The notes: generated by a model not told the origin, from the sequence alone. Counted from the first letter of the stretch, positions 20,101 to 29,679 are shown. The stretch: DNA of 64,000 nt from Lactobacillus sp. (GCA_030530865.1 JAUMUC010000006.1:3010-67009), one strand, 5' to 3'. Numbers and translations are program-made.

Positions 20101-23100
20101 ACAATTGATCCTTATTTGTTGCAATAATTGTTGCTAAATCAGCATTTTGTGGACCATGTAAGACGTAGTCAGCAGTGTTTAAAGTATAGCCACTGATGTC
20201 ATCTTGCATTGACTTGTCAGCATATTGAATGTTTGTTGGCAAAGCATCATAACTAGTCAATTGATGACTATTTGAGTCAAAGATGGTATCCACTAGACCC
20301 TTAGCAAAGTCATTTGTGACAATCGTATCTTTTAACTTTTCACCAGACTTATCAGAAACTTGATCAGTATTTCGGCTAACAGTCACGGTGTAAATTGGGT
20401 TGTAATGAGCAACTTCATGGTAAACAAAGTTAACTTCACCCTTAGCTAAAGAACTGTCTGCTGTAACAGTTGCCTTGTAATCATCGCCGTCTTTACTAAA
20501 GTCAAGACGCATACCAGTCTTATTAGCGTTGTCATAAAGTTGACTTTGATACTTAACTAATAAGGCCATCACATCGGTAGCACTAGGTCCTTGCAAAGTT
20601 TCATCCCCTGCTTGGATCTTGTAGCCAGAAATTTCTGGAGAATTTTCAGAATCATACTTGAAATCATCAATAGTTGTATTTGAAGTAAAGTACACATTCT
20701 TGAATTGATGTGTGTCTGCATCATATTCAGCTGAAAGTTCTGTTGAGTGGAAGTTATCTTTCTTGTCAGCGTTCTCTAATTCATCACCAGTCGCATTTGA
20801 AACGTACTTAGTTTCTTGACTAAAGTGAATAGTTTCAATTGGGTTATAGTGAGCAACTTCATGGTAAAGAATCGCCACTTTACCAGCATCAAGTGATTCA
20901 TCTTGCGTTAATTTAGCAGTAAAAGTACCATCAACATTCTTGTTAATGTCAATCTTGTAGCCATGTGTATTAGTTGCAGCAAAAAGAGTCGCTTGATTTT
21001 CGCTAATAATCTTTTGCAAGTCGACAGAAGTTGGACCTGTTAAATTAGTGCCACCATCAACTACCTTGTAACCCTTAAATTCAGGAGCAGTCTTAGTTGC
21101 GTATGCAAGACTATCAGGAATTGAGCTAACTGACTTCAAAGCATGATTATCTTGATCATATTCGGTGTTCAAAGTTGCTGAACTGAAATCATTAGTTTCA
21201 GTTGGAGCTTGTAATTGACTACCATCAATGTCGTTAATGTATGAAGTCTCACGACTGACAGTTACTTCAGCCATAGGGTTAAAGTGAGCTTTTTCATCAT
21301 AAACAAAAGCAAAAGTATGAGCAACTAAGGCAGTATTTTCACTAACAGTACCAGTATAACCATTGGCAGTCTTTGTCACAGTGATAGTGAAACCGTGTTT
21401 AGCGTTGCCGTCAAACAATTGAGCCTTATTAGCTGCAATAATTGCTGCTAAGTCACTACTTTGTGGTCCTTCTAATAAGGAATCTGCACTATTCAACTTG
21501 TAGCCACTAACATCATCAGCAATATGGTTAGCTGCATATGTAAGATTGCTTGGTAAATCAGTGTAACTAGTCAATTGGTGACTTGTTGAATCAAAGACAG
21601 TCTTAATTTGTCCATTAGCAAAGCTGTCTGCAGAACTTGATGGCTTCACAAAGTCACCAGTTTTAGCAGAAACATAATCATTTGTTTGGCTAAGAGTCAC
21701 ATTATAAATTGGATTGTAAAGTGCAGTTAAATAAACCGCTAAAGCCACGTTACCTTTTGCGACACTGCTATCTGGCGTGATCTTAGAATCAATCTTTTCA
21801 CCATCATATGAGAAATCAATTCTCATTCCAGTCTGATTACTCAAATCAAATAATTGACTACGGTTATCGTTTATCATTTGGAAAACAGCTAAACTCTCTG
21901 GAGAATTGAGCGTTTTAGCAGTTTGATCAATCGTGTAACCGGAAACTTCACGAGGTGTGATATAGCCCATATCAAAATCGTTTTCAATGTCAGTCCCATC
22001 AGTAAAACTAATACCAATTACTTTATGCGTTTCAGCATCATAAACGGGAACTAATGACACATTTCTAGTATCTATATTATTGATTGAAGCAATCACTTTA
22101 CTGCCATCAGCATTAGAAAGGAAATCAATCAATTGGCTTAATTCTACCTTGATAACTGGGTCATAGTGATGCACTACGTTCAATACAACAGCAATTTTGC
22201 CCTTTGGAACAGAAGCATCTGCAGTCACAGTTGAAGTAAAGCCATTATTCTTATCATTAGCCATGACAATCTTCACACCTGAAGTCTTCAAGCTGTTGAA
22301 AATCAAGTCTTTATTAGCATCGATTACTTTTTGAATATCAGAAGATGAAGGAGCTGATATCATGTCGGCACCTTCTTCTTCGTAACCGGCAAAAGTTGGT
22401 CCGTCAGCATAACTGACAGTAAATTTATCATTTAACTTATCATAAGAAGTGTTGTTATGCGTAGTTTGATCATATGTTGTATTCAAAATTTGAGACTTAA
22501 TGTCTACATCTGAGACATCAGCTTTCATCTTTTCACCGTTAGTATCGTTGATATAACTAGTGTTTGTACTAATGGTGATGTTGACTTGTGGGTTGTAATG
22601 AGCCACTTGGTGGTAAATGATGTTAACCGCACCGGATGCAAATTGATCGTTTTGCGTAAGTTTTACATCATAAGTACCGTCACTCTTCTTAGTCATCTCA
22701 ACGGTATAACCAACTTTATTAGTCTTTGCAAATAAAGTCTTGCTGTAATCAGATAAAACCTTACTAATGTCGTCTGCACTTGGACCAGCCAATGTTGCAT
22801 CAGTAGCATCAAGTTTGTAGTTATCAATGTCATCTTTAGTTTGGTAGTTACTATATTGAAGTTGATCACCACTTTGTTCAACAGTATAGTGATCTGTCAA
22901 AGGATCATAAGTAATGTTAGTAATCTTAGTAGCTAAGCCAGTTTCAAGATCATCATTTTTCAAAGTACTGCCATCGGCATTTGATACAAATTTAGTATCA
23001 CGAGCCAAGGTCACAGTGTCTGTATAATGTTCCAGCTTAGTTAATTCAAAGGTAACAGTATTGTTATTAAAGTAGTAACGAACTATTTGATCCCATTCAG

Positions 23101-26100
23101 CCTTTGGTGTGCTATCGCTATTTGGTCCAATGAATTTAGTGAAATCAACAGCATAGTCACTTAGTCCAGGATATTTCTTCAATAATTGGGCACGGAAATC
23201 AGGATTATCGTTCAAATTATTGATCGTGCTTGGAGTAACACCGTACTTAGTCAAATCATTTGGATCGATGCCATAAACAGAAGTTAAAAGTCCAGTTTTT
23301 GTTAGAGTATCAACGTTATCGTTTAATACAACATCACTACCATCAATGTAATGATCTGTACCATCTGGATCTTGATAGTGCATCTTCACATGAATGGTTG
23401 ATTCACCAACAATCGTCAATTTAGCAGAAACACTGGTATCTTGAACTGTGTATGTCTTACCTAATTCAATATTCTTAGGTAAAAGTGAGTCACCCCAAAT
23501 CTTATTGGCAACATAAGCGGTCTTACCTGCGTCTTGAATAAAGTTAGGGTCAGTACCTTCAATGACAATTCTGAAAAGATGTTGCGTTGGAATTTTTGGA
23601 ATTTCAACCGCCACAGCAGTCACTGTTGAAAGATCAGTTGGTGGGGTTGTTGTGAAATCCTTTTTCCAATCACCAATACTAATTTCAGACATCTTTTTGT
23701 TCTTATATGCTGCATTAGTAGTGTAATAGACGGTCACATCAGAAGTTACATCATCGTTATTAGTGACATCGTAAACCTTTACTGCTTTAGTCAAATGGAA
23801 ATCAAATTGTGATTTACCATCAGCCAAGTTTGGAATTTGAATGATACTCTTAACATCTTTCATATCATTTGGTTCACCATTAATCAATGATGAAGCAAAG
23901 CGAAGTGTTGTATCACCCTTGTCATCTGATTTACCGCCTGGAGTATAATCTGAATTTTGATTACCTTCTGCTTCAGTGGTAATTGTTGTAACAACAGAAG
24001 AAACCAAATTCCAAGAACCCGAACGTAATTGGTACGCATTGGTATTATTTTCCACAAAAGGCAAACACTTATATGCAGAAGTTCCCAAAGAAACAGCATC
24101 ATAATCTTTAAGCGGTGACATTACAGAAGTATCACTATAGAAAAGATAATTCTTTTGACCATCAGGAACTACTGCGAAAATTGCGTAACCACTTTGTAAG
24201 TTTTTATTTGTCACCAAGGTAGAGTTGTCTAGATTTAAAACAATTTCTTTGTGTACATAATCTTCTCGTTTACCACCCTTAAGTTGAATCTTAACAACGT
24301 TAAAACCAAACGTCTTAAAATAAGAAACTGAAGCATTTGCTGGCAAGCCAGTAAATGGATTTTCTGGATCCAAATAAGCGTTAGTTGGGAGCACTACATA
24401 ATAAGTGATATTAGGAACAGCATTTTGAAAATCATATGGTTCAATCGTGATAGTACCGCCAGGATTTCCTGCTTGCATATTAGTTTGATTACCAATGGCA
24501 TAGGTTTTATTTAGGTAAATTGTTGTATCTGGGTTTTGCAATAAAACCGTTTGCGTACCAGTCCATACAGCTGAAGCATTATGATAACTATTAGTTTTTG
24601 AATCAGCCAAAGTAATAGAAATTTTAGTTGATAAATTATCATAATCAGCTAATTTATCACCCTTAGCAACACTACTGCCATCATTTCTTGTAGCAGTTCC
24701 ATCATTATCACCACGGTAATTATCAGCTAATACCCCGTAAAGGTTAATGTTTAGAAGCTCATTATAAGCGGGTACACTATCAAAATGAGCATGAATTTTC
24801 TTAATATACTCGCCACTTGGAGCTGTTAAGATGTTGTCATTAGTAAATGTTGCAGACTTTGAACCGTAAATATATTCATAATAATAAGTTGGATTCAACG
24901 TGGGAGTGCCATTTTGTGTGAATTTTGAAATATTCATACCATCAGGCACAATCACATCAAGATCCACCCCATTCAGTTGTTCAGCTGAGGCACTGGTAGC
25001 AACAATATTATTGTTAAGATTGTGTGCACTCTTTTTACTATCTTCTTCAGTGGTGATGTTAATTGGTTGTTCAGGATAGTAATTATGCATCTTATTAACC
25101 TTATCAGGGTCAATAGTAGCAGAGAATAAACTACCAGTTGGTGTTTTATCCGCAGTGTTATTTGAACCTAAAACAGAAATTGTAAAAGCTCCAGATGTAT
25201 CAGTATTAGATTTAGCATTTAATGTTGCACTAGAAGCACCAGTTAGCTTAGTTATATTTTCAAAAGTTGTGGTGATTTTACCAATAAACTTTGGATAGAT
25301 ATAAGTTGAACTTGTCCATTTCTTTTGGGCATATTGTTCATCTGATAAGCGATTATACGTAAAGATAATATTAGTTCCATCTTGCTTAACAGATCCATTA
25401 AAGTTTGCAAATTCTGTAGCGTTTAGCTTATCTGTAGCTTCTTTAGTTAAGACAAAGCCGGTAGGTACAGGAATTGTAACTGTAAATCCTTCACTAAATT
25501 GTGGGGAAAAAGAAACTTGATTTCGCCATTCATAATCAGTATTTGACGCAATCACACCAGTCGTAACTTGATTACCATCTAGTGTATATACTGCTTTAGT
25601 ACTATCATAAGAAAAACCATTTTGTGTCTTCCAATATAAATATGCATTATGTTTAACAGCTAAAGTGAAGTAGTTGGTTTTAACTAAAGTTTGCTTACCA
25701 TCACTACCCTCTTTATAAACATCAATCAGGATCTTGTAATTGCCATCTTTCATTAATTTAGGAGTACTAAATGTTGAACTAGTGCCAACCGCAATAATTT
25801 GATTATATGTACCAGATCCGTGCATAGTGTCGCTGAATTGATATGCATTACTCTGTTTATCAACAGAACTTACAGTAGCAGAAGTTGGCTTGTCATTAGC
25901 TGGAGTAACATTGAAGTTATTAGTGATATCAATATCAGTTGTATTTTCAGGGTGAATTTTAAAAATAAATTTATCCCCATCATTATAATCATTTGTTTGG
26001 AAATTGATTTGCACAGTAGATCCGGTAGAAATAGTTTGATTATCTTGTGTTTGACCATTAACCAAGAAACCAACTCTAGTTTGCTTATCACTTGTGCTAT

Positions 26101-26353
26101 CTGAACCGACAGCGTTATTAGAGCTAGATTGTGAATTATCATTGGTAGTTTGTGAAGTATTATCACTAGCAGAATTTGTTTGATCAGTAGTATCTGCATG
26201 AGTAACTGCACCAGTACCAAACAATAAAGTAGTACCTAATAATACTGAAGCAGCACCAATATTTAATTTTCGAATACTGAAACGTTGTTTTTGATCAGCA
26301 CTCGTTTGCTTTAATAAATGAGATTTCTTATCCAATTTAGTCATTAAATTCAT
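17159..26353 (-). CDS. Giant LPxTG adhesin (~3060 aa): canonical FSIRK signal, ~1100-aa non-repeat region, 13 ~142-aa Mub-like repeats, LPQTG
   Basis: FSIRKLNIGAASV; repeated SRETxYVSNxTG...HxVAHYNP units; LPQTGDNS...YKKKK. Start is uncertain (TTG 26362, ATG 26353 or ATG 26344). Confidence 0.9.
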   Translation of the reverse strand: MNLMTKLDKKSHLLKQTSADQKQRFSIRKLNIGAASVLLGTTLLFGTGAVTHADTTDQTNSASDNTSQTTNDNSQSSSNNAVGSDSTSDKQTRVGFLVNGQTQDNQTISTGSTVQINFQTNDYNDGDKFIFKIHPENTTDIDITNNFNVTPANDKPTSATVSSVDKQSNAYQFSDTMHGSGTYNQIIAVGTSSTFSTPKLMKDGNYKILIDVYKEGSDGKQTLVKTNYFTLAVKHNAYLYWKTQNGFSYDSTKAVYTLDGNQVTTGVIASNTDYEWRNQVSFSPQFSEGFTVTIPVPTGFVLTKEATDKLNATEFANFNGSVKQDGTNIIFTYNRLSDEQYAQKKWTSSTYIYPKFIGKITTTFENITKLTGASSATLNAKSNTDTSGAFTISVLGSNNTADKTPTGSLFSATIDPDKVNKMHNYYPEQPINITTEEDSKKSAHNLNNNIVATSASAEQLNGVDLDVIVPDGMNISKFTQNGTPTLNPTYYYEYIYGSKSATFTNDNILTAPSGEYIKKIHAHFDSVPAYNELLNINLYGVLADNYRGDNDGTATRNDGSSVAKGDKLADYDNLSTKISITLADSKTNSYHNASAVWTGTQTVLLQNPDTTIYLNKTYAIGNQTNMQAGNPGGTITIEPYDFQNAVPNITYYVVLPTNAYLDPENPFTGLPANASVSYFKTFGFNVVKIQLKGGKREDYVHKEIVLNLDNSTLVTNKNLQSGYAIFAVVPDGQKNYLFYSDTSVMSPLKDYDAVSLGTSAYKCLPFVENNTNAYQLRSGSWNLVSSVVTTITTEAEGNQNSDYTPGGKSDDKGDTTLRFASSLINGEPNDMKDVKSIIQIPNLADGKSQFDFHLTKAVKVYDVTNNDDVTSDVTVYYTTNAAYKNKKMSEISIGDWKKDFTTTPPTDLSTVTAVAVEIPKIPTQHLFRIVIEGTDPNFIQDAGKTAYVANKIWGDSLLPKNIELGKTYTVQDTSVSAKLTIVGESTIHVKMHYQDPDGTDHYIDGSDVVLNDNVDTLTKTGLLTSVYGIDPNDLTKYGVTPSTINNLNDNPDFRAQLLKKYPGLSDYAVDFTKFIGPNSDSTPKAEWDQIVRYYFNNNTVTFELTKLEHYTDTVTLARDTKFVSNADGSTLKNDDLETGLATKITNITYDPLTDHYTVEQSGDQLQYSNYQTKDDIDNYKLDATDATLAGPSADDISKVLSDYSKTLFAKTNKVGYTVEMTKKSDGTYDVKLTQNDQFASGAVNIIYHQVAHYNPQVNITISTNTSYINDTNGEKMKADVSDVDIKSQILNTTYDQTTHNNTSYDKLNDKFTVSYADGPTFAGYEEEGADMISAPSSSDIQKVIDANKDLIFNSLKTSGVKIVMANDKNNGFTSTVTADASVPKGKIAVVLNVVHHYDPVIKVELSQLIDFLSNADGSKVIASINNIDTRNVSLVPVYDAETHKVIGISFTDGTDIENDFDMGYITPREVSGYTIDQTAKTLNSPESLAVFQMINDNRSQLFDLSNQTGMRIDFSYDGEKIDSKITPDSSVAKGNVALAVYLTALYNPIYNVTLSQTNDYVSAKTGDFVKPSSSADSFANGQIKTVFDSTSHQLTSYTDLPSNLTYAANHIADDVSGYKLNSADSLLEGPQSSDLAAIIAANKAQLFDGNAKHGFTITVTKTANGYTGTVSENTALVAHTFAFVYDEKAHFNPMAEVTVSRETSYINDIDGSQLQAPTETNDFSSATLNTEYDQDNHALKSVSSIPDSLAYATKTAPEFKGYKVVDGGTNLTGPTSVDLQKIISENQATLFAATNTHGYKIDINKNVDGTFTAKLTQDESLDAGKVAILYHEVAHYNPIETIHFSQETKYVSNATGDELENADKKDNFHSTELSAEYDADTHQFKNVYFTSNTTIDDFKYDSENSPEISGYKIQAGDETLQGPSATDVMALLVKYQSQLYDNANKTGMRLDFSKDGDDYKATVTADSSLAKGEVNFVYHEVAHYNPIYTVTVSRNTDQVSDKSGEKLKDTIVTNDFAKGLVDTIFDSNSHQLTSYDALPTNIQYADKSMQDDISGYTLNTADYVLHGPQNADLATIIATNKDQLFAGDAKHGFTVTVTKTANGYTGTVSENTSLSAHTIAFVYNETAHFNPIAEITVSQEIKYVSNATGEAVHDLTENDDFNTAKINTEYDAETHQIKSIGSVPADFDYQNVASPNVANYIVDDSDKTLTGLQDTDIQKILNDYKDTLFANNASHGYKIDVTKVGNEYKSELSEDNDLAAGQVAVVLHQVAHYNPDIQVSVSRETTYVSNKTGQQVKKTDENKDFNSTTLTTKYDQTNHSLTSFSNVPTDFAYPDKQAQAISGYEVDTNDQVLKGLSSSDLQKILTDNQDKLFAGDNAHGMRVDITNGVATVTEDSNLPAKSISVVYHETAHYHPVSSVEISREVKYVSNATGEEVAKTTDSQNLATTNISTTYTDDHKLTAIGSLPTDFSYDQFNPSNKVAGYELEAADASLSGLTEQEIQQILESHKDQLFDANATSGYKLDVTKDGDKLITNVVADKTLPAGKVNIVLHQVAHYNPDIQVSVSRETTYVLNKTGQQVKQTDENKDFKTTTLTTEYDVNSHEIKHFSDLPTDFAYGEVSSPVVKDHTAADQTLPGLSSSDLHKILLANQDKLMRASNKTGMRVDIDDHGDVTISEDSSLPAKSISVVYHEIDHYNPVVDLVISREIDYVSTATGKEISKPTKSEQQNPIVLNTEYDPTTKEIKNFSAIPENYGFADVTVPEIAGYTTADQTLAGLKASDLQKLLTDNQATLFNYEYKHGLRMEVVKAGDQYTAKITQDDSLPAGKINVVLKQVANYNPTSEITLTSEYEYLSDGKAVKSTDTDKDFKSATIQTNYDPNGHQIISISNLPDGFAYQTVTAPNVNGYSVDPTKQTITGPQVAELQKILTDNKDQLFDRSHKYGMRVDIVNDSNNNYSVNITEDPSLAAGKISIVFHDSINYLPVTKPSNDKPEKQTTTKVAKTKEVKPTTTTVKATSVVKKQVAPVKQAAKTLPQTGDNSAIALLAGSISAFIGLLGLGYKKKK
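17410..23030 (-). repeat. 13 diverged ~140-150-aa coding repeats ending in H(Y/F)NP-like motifs
   Basis: Counted from the translation; near-identical blocks about 852 bp (two units) apart near 18680 and 19530. Confidence 0.8.
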
Positions 26354-26535
26354 ATTCTCCAATTATTCAATATATTAATTATGGTAATAAACAAATATAT
26401 CTATTATAGCATTTGTTATTTAATTTTTAAAGATTTAGAAAATTAACTATTGAATAATTAAATAGTTTTTTAGCAAACAAAAAAGCCAAGTACATATAGC
26501 ACTTAGCCGTTTTGTTTTTTATTTAATTAATGAAA

Positions 26536-29500
26536 TTATTTTCTCTTCTTGTAGCCTAATCCAAGCATACCGATGAATGCTGAGATTGAACCTGCAAGTA
26601 CAGCGATAGCACTGTTATCACCAGTTTGTGGTAACTTCTTAGCAGCTGCTTTGTATTCAGCTCTAGTTGGAAGTGGCTTCTTAGCTGGAGTAGTCTTAGT
26701 TTCCTTCTTTTCTGGTTCAGGAGTTACTTCTTCAGCTTCTACAGTTACCTTAACTGTCTTAGAAAGCTTGTTTCCGTCTGCATCAACACCAGTTACAGTT
26801 ACTGTTTGTTCACCTGGCTTGTTTGCATTGTAACCTTCTACAGTGAAGTCCTTGTAATCACCTGCATCAGTTACTAACTTAGCAGCGTCAAGAGCTTCGC
26901 CCTTCTTAGTCTTGTAGCTATCAACTACAGTGAATTCCTTCTTAGCAGTTGAAGTTACAGTTACCTTAACTGTCTTAGATACCTTGTTACCTGAGTTATC
27001 AGTACCAGTAACAGTTACTGTTTGTTCGCCAACCTTGTTTGCATCGTAGCCTGCTACAGTAAAGTCCTTGTAGTCACCAGTAGCAGTAACTAACTTAGCA
27101 ACTTCAAGAGCTTCACCTTCTTTAGTAGTGTATGAATCAACTACAGTGAAGTCCTTAGCTACAACAGTTACCTTAACTTGAGTAGTGTATGAGTGGCCTT
27201 GACCATCATCACCCTTAATAGTTACAGTTTGAACACCAGGCTTAGTTGCGTCGTAACCTTCTACAACAAAGTTAGTGTAATCACCATTAGCAGTTACTAA
27301 ATCTGAGGCCTTCAATTCGCTACCTTGAGCAACAGTCTTGTCAGCAGCAGTGAAGTTCTTCAATACCTTAACCTTAACAGTTAATGAAGTATCTGCATCA
27401 TTAGTGTTCTTAGTATTCTTACCAGTAACAGTTACTGTTTGTTCACCAGTTGCTTTAGGATCAAAGTTGAAGCTAAAGTCACTGAAGTCACCCTTTTCGT
27501 CAACTAATTGATCAGCAGTCAACTTAGCAGCTTCATCTTCAGTAAGAACTTGGTCACCCTTAACAGTAAATGGAGTTGCTGGAGTGATAGTGATTGGATC
27601 ACTAGTGATGGTTGTATTTCCATCTAAAGTCATGATGTAATTTACAGTCTTAGTACCATCAGCGTTATCAACTACAACGAAATTAACATTTGAGTTTTGG
27701 TTAAGTTCATCAAGCTTTTCGCTGATGTGTTCAGCTGACATACCATTCAAGTCAGTAAGAGCAGTGTCATACTTAGTTAAATCAGTTGGGTCAGTAGTAC
27801 TGTATTCAACAAGAGTTGGTGTTTCGAAGCTGTTTTCGTCAAGAACTGTGGCATTAGTCTTAACACTAGTCTTAACGTCTGGCTTTGTAACACTATCTTC
27901 ATCAAATGTGTAGTTTTCTGATGGGCCTGAAACAACTTCACTAGCAGCTTTGTTGAAATCTTCATCGTAAGTATCTGAGTACTTGTAACTACCAGATTCA
28001 GCATCCCATACTAAACCATTTGGAACAGTAACGTTAACAACTTGGTCTTCACCGTATGTTACGTATCCAGTACCAGGAACGTAAGTTGACTTCTTGATTG
28101 TAAGAGTTGTTTGATCATCAATTACAGTGTTAGCAACAAAGTCCAGTACATCTACGCCATCGTATTGAATAGTGTTGATTTGCAAGTTCTTGATATCGTG
28201 CTTGCTGTACTTAGCAACTTGATCAAGACGATCTAATGCTACCTTGTTAGTAGCATCAGTTTTTGATAATTGATCCTTCAAAGCTTGTTTAGCGTCATCA
28301 GAAAGCTTGTCGTTTGAATCAATGTCATTGGTTATTGAAGCTACAGTAAGATTTGCATAATCATCTTGCGTGAACACTTGCTTTGGTTGAATAGTAGTGT
28401 AGTCGTAGCTTAAACTGCCATCTTCATTTCTAATACCAAGGATTTGGAAGTTGCTTGAAAGAGCCTTAGTGTATGATTCCAAGCTTGATACGTCGTAATC
28501 ATCAGGGACAATAACAACCATGTCGCGGTTACCAGTGTTAAGAGCTTCTTTACCATCAACAAAGTCCTCACCAATAGTTACGCTTTGTACACCACTTGCA
28601 CCACGCAAGAAGCTATTGGTAGAACCATTGCTCAAGCTAGTTGCGTCCACACTAGTAATTCCTTTGACGTTTTGGAACAAACTAGTAACATCAGCAGCTG
28701 CCTTGAATGTTGGAACTTTAATTGCACCAGTTAAACCCGTACCTTCAAATGCATTCTTAGCTGAAGTTACGTTAGATAAGTCAACATTGTTTAAGAAATC
28801 AAGATTAGTGATGCTTGAATCATTTCTGAACAATCCATCAATTGTCTTGAAACTAGGTGTATTAGTAAAAGTTACTGAAGCTAATTTTGGATTATTAGCA
28901 AGCATGTTGGTCAGATCTGTAGTATCGCTAGTAAATTTAGGCAATACAATAGATTCTAAGTTTGATGCACCTGCCAACGTACCAGAAACAACATTAGTTG
29001 TTAATTCAAGGCCAGAAAAGTCTGCTTTAGTTAATGTTGTATTTCCGCTCAATAGTGAACTAATATTTTGCTTGTCACCATATCTATTAACTAGAGTAAC
29101 TGGATTTTGGATAGTTAGTTCACTAGCATTTGAAGCTAAATCTCTTAAAAGGTTAGGTGTAATATTTTTAACATCTGCATCAAGAGTAACTTTCTTACCT
29201 TGTAAATCACTTAATTGACCATTATATGTAGAAGCAATTGTTTGACCATATCCACTAGTATTGCTTACATTGTTAACGGACTCAGTTCTTCCGTCGCCTC
29301 TCTTACCTGTGTCAAAATTACTCATATGCAAAGTAACTTCATCAGTTGCTGCTTCTTCTTCAGCTAAGTTAATAGTTGGAGTTTTAATTGCTTTCTTAGC
29401 AGTAACAGTAGCATCAACTGATGTTGTCTTAGCATCTTCTGTTGAAGCTGTAGTTTCTACAGTTTGCTTAGCATCAGCATCTGCTTTTTCAGCAACATCT

Positions 29501-29679
29501 TCAGCTGAGCTATTTGTATCTTCACTCTTATTCTCTTCGCTATTACTTGTTTGAGTGGTAGTAGCTTCAGAAGAACTACTGTCGGTACTATCAGCGTGTA
29601 CTTGTTGAGCAGTAAAAATTGACATCAAAGCAACACTGCATAAGCCAACAGTTAATTTTCTTAATCTATATTTGACCAT
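26536..29679 (-). CDS. LPxTG-anchored surface protein, 1047 aa: YSIRK-like signal, degenerate LRR region, four Ig-like repeats, LPQTG
   Basis: KYRLRKLTVGLCS; LTKADFSGL, ITNLDF and DLSNVTSAKNAF LRR-like segments; GDYKDFTVxGYxxNKxGEQTVTVTG repeats. Confidence 0.9.
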   Translation of the reverse strand: MVKYRLRKLTVGLCSVALMSIFTAQQVHADSTDSSSSEATTTQTSNSEENKSEDTNSSAEDVAEKADADAKQTVETTASTEDAKTTSVDATVTAKKAIKTPTINLAEEEAATDEVTLHMSNFDTGKRGDGRTESVNNVSNTSGYGQTIASTYNGQLSDLQGKKVTLDADVKNITPNLLRDLASNASELTIQNPVTLVNRYGDKQNISSLLSGNTTLTKADFSGLELTTNVVSGTLAGASNLESIVLPKFTSDTTDLTNMLANNPKLASVTFTNTPSFKTIDGLFRNDSSITNLDFLNNVDLSNVTSAKNAFEGTGLTGAIKVPTFKAAADVTSLFQNVKGITSVDATSLSNGSTNSFLRGASGVQSVTIGEDFVDGKEALNTGNRDMVVIVPDDYDVSSLESYTKALSSNFQILGIRNEDGSLSYDYTTIQPKQVFTQDDYANLTVASITNDIDSNDKLSDDAKQALKDQLSKTDATNKVALDRLDQVAKYSKHDIKNLQINTIQYDGVDVLDFVANTVIDDQTTLTIKKSTYVPGTGYVTYGEDQVVNVTVPNGLVWDAESGSYKYSDTYDEDFNKAASEVVSGPSENYTFDEDSVTKPDVKTSVKTNATVLDENSFETPTLVEYSTTDPTDLTKYDTALTDLNGMSAEHISEKLDELNQNSNVNFVVVDNADGTKTVNYIMTLDGNTTITSDPITITPATPFTVKGDQVLTEDEAAKLTADQLVDEKGDFSDFSFNFDPKATGEQTVTVTGKNTKNTNDADTSLTVKVKVLKNFTAADKTVAQGSELKASDLVTANGDYTNFVVEGYDATKPGVQTVTIKGDDGQGHSYTTQVKVTVVAKDFTVVDSYTTKEGEALEVAKLVTATGDYKDFTVAGYDANKVGEQTVTVTGTDNSGNKVSKTVKVTVTSTAKKEFTVVDSYKTKKGEALDAAKLVTDAGDYKDFTVEGYNANKPGEQTVTVTGVDADGNKLSKTVKVTVEAEEVTPEPEKKETKTTPAKKPLPTRAEYKAAAKKLPQTGDNSAIAVLAGSISAFIGMLGLGYKKRK

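Noticed and set aside
28520-29554. 232-aa and 97-aa plus-strand ORFs
   Set aside because: Antisense to the codon-biased 1047-aa gene; low-complexity shadow translations.
1-29679. Integron or shufflon (invertible) system explaining the array
   Set aside because: Most genes have their own promoters, all lie in one orientation, and there are no attC-like or inverted recombination sites and no recombinase in the window; one outside the window cannot be excluded.
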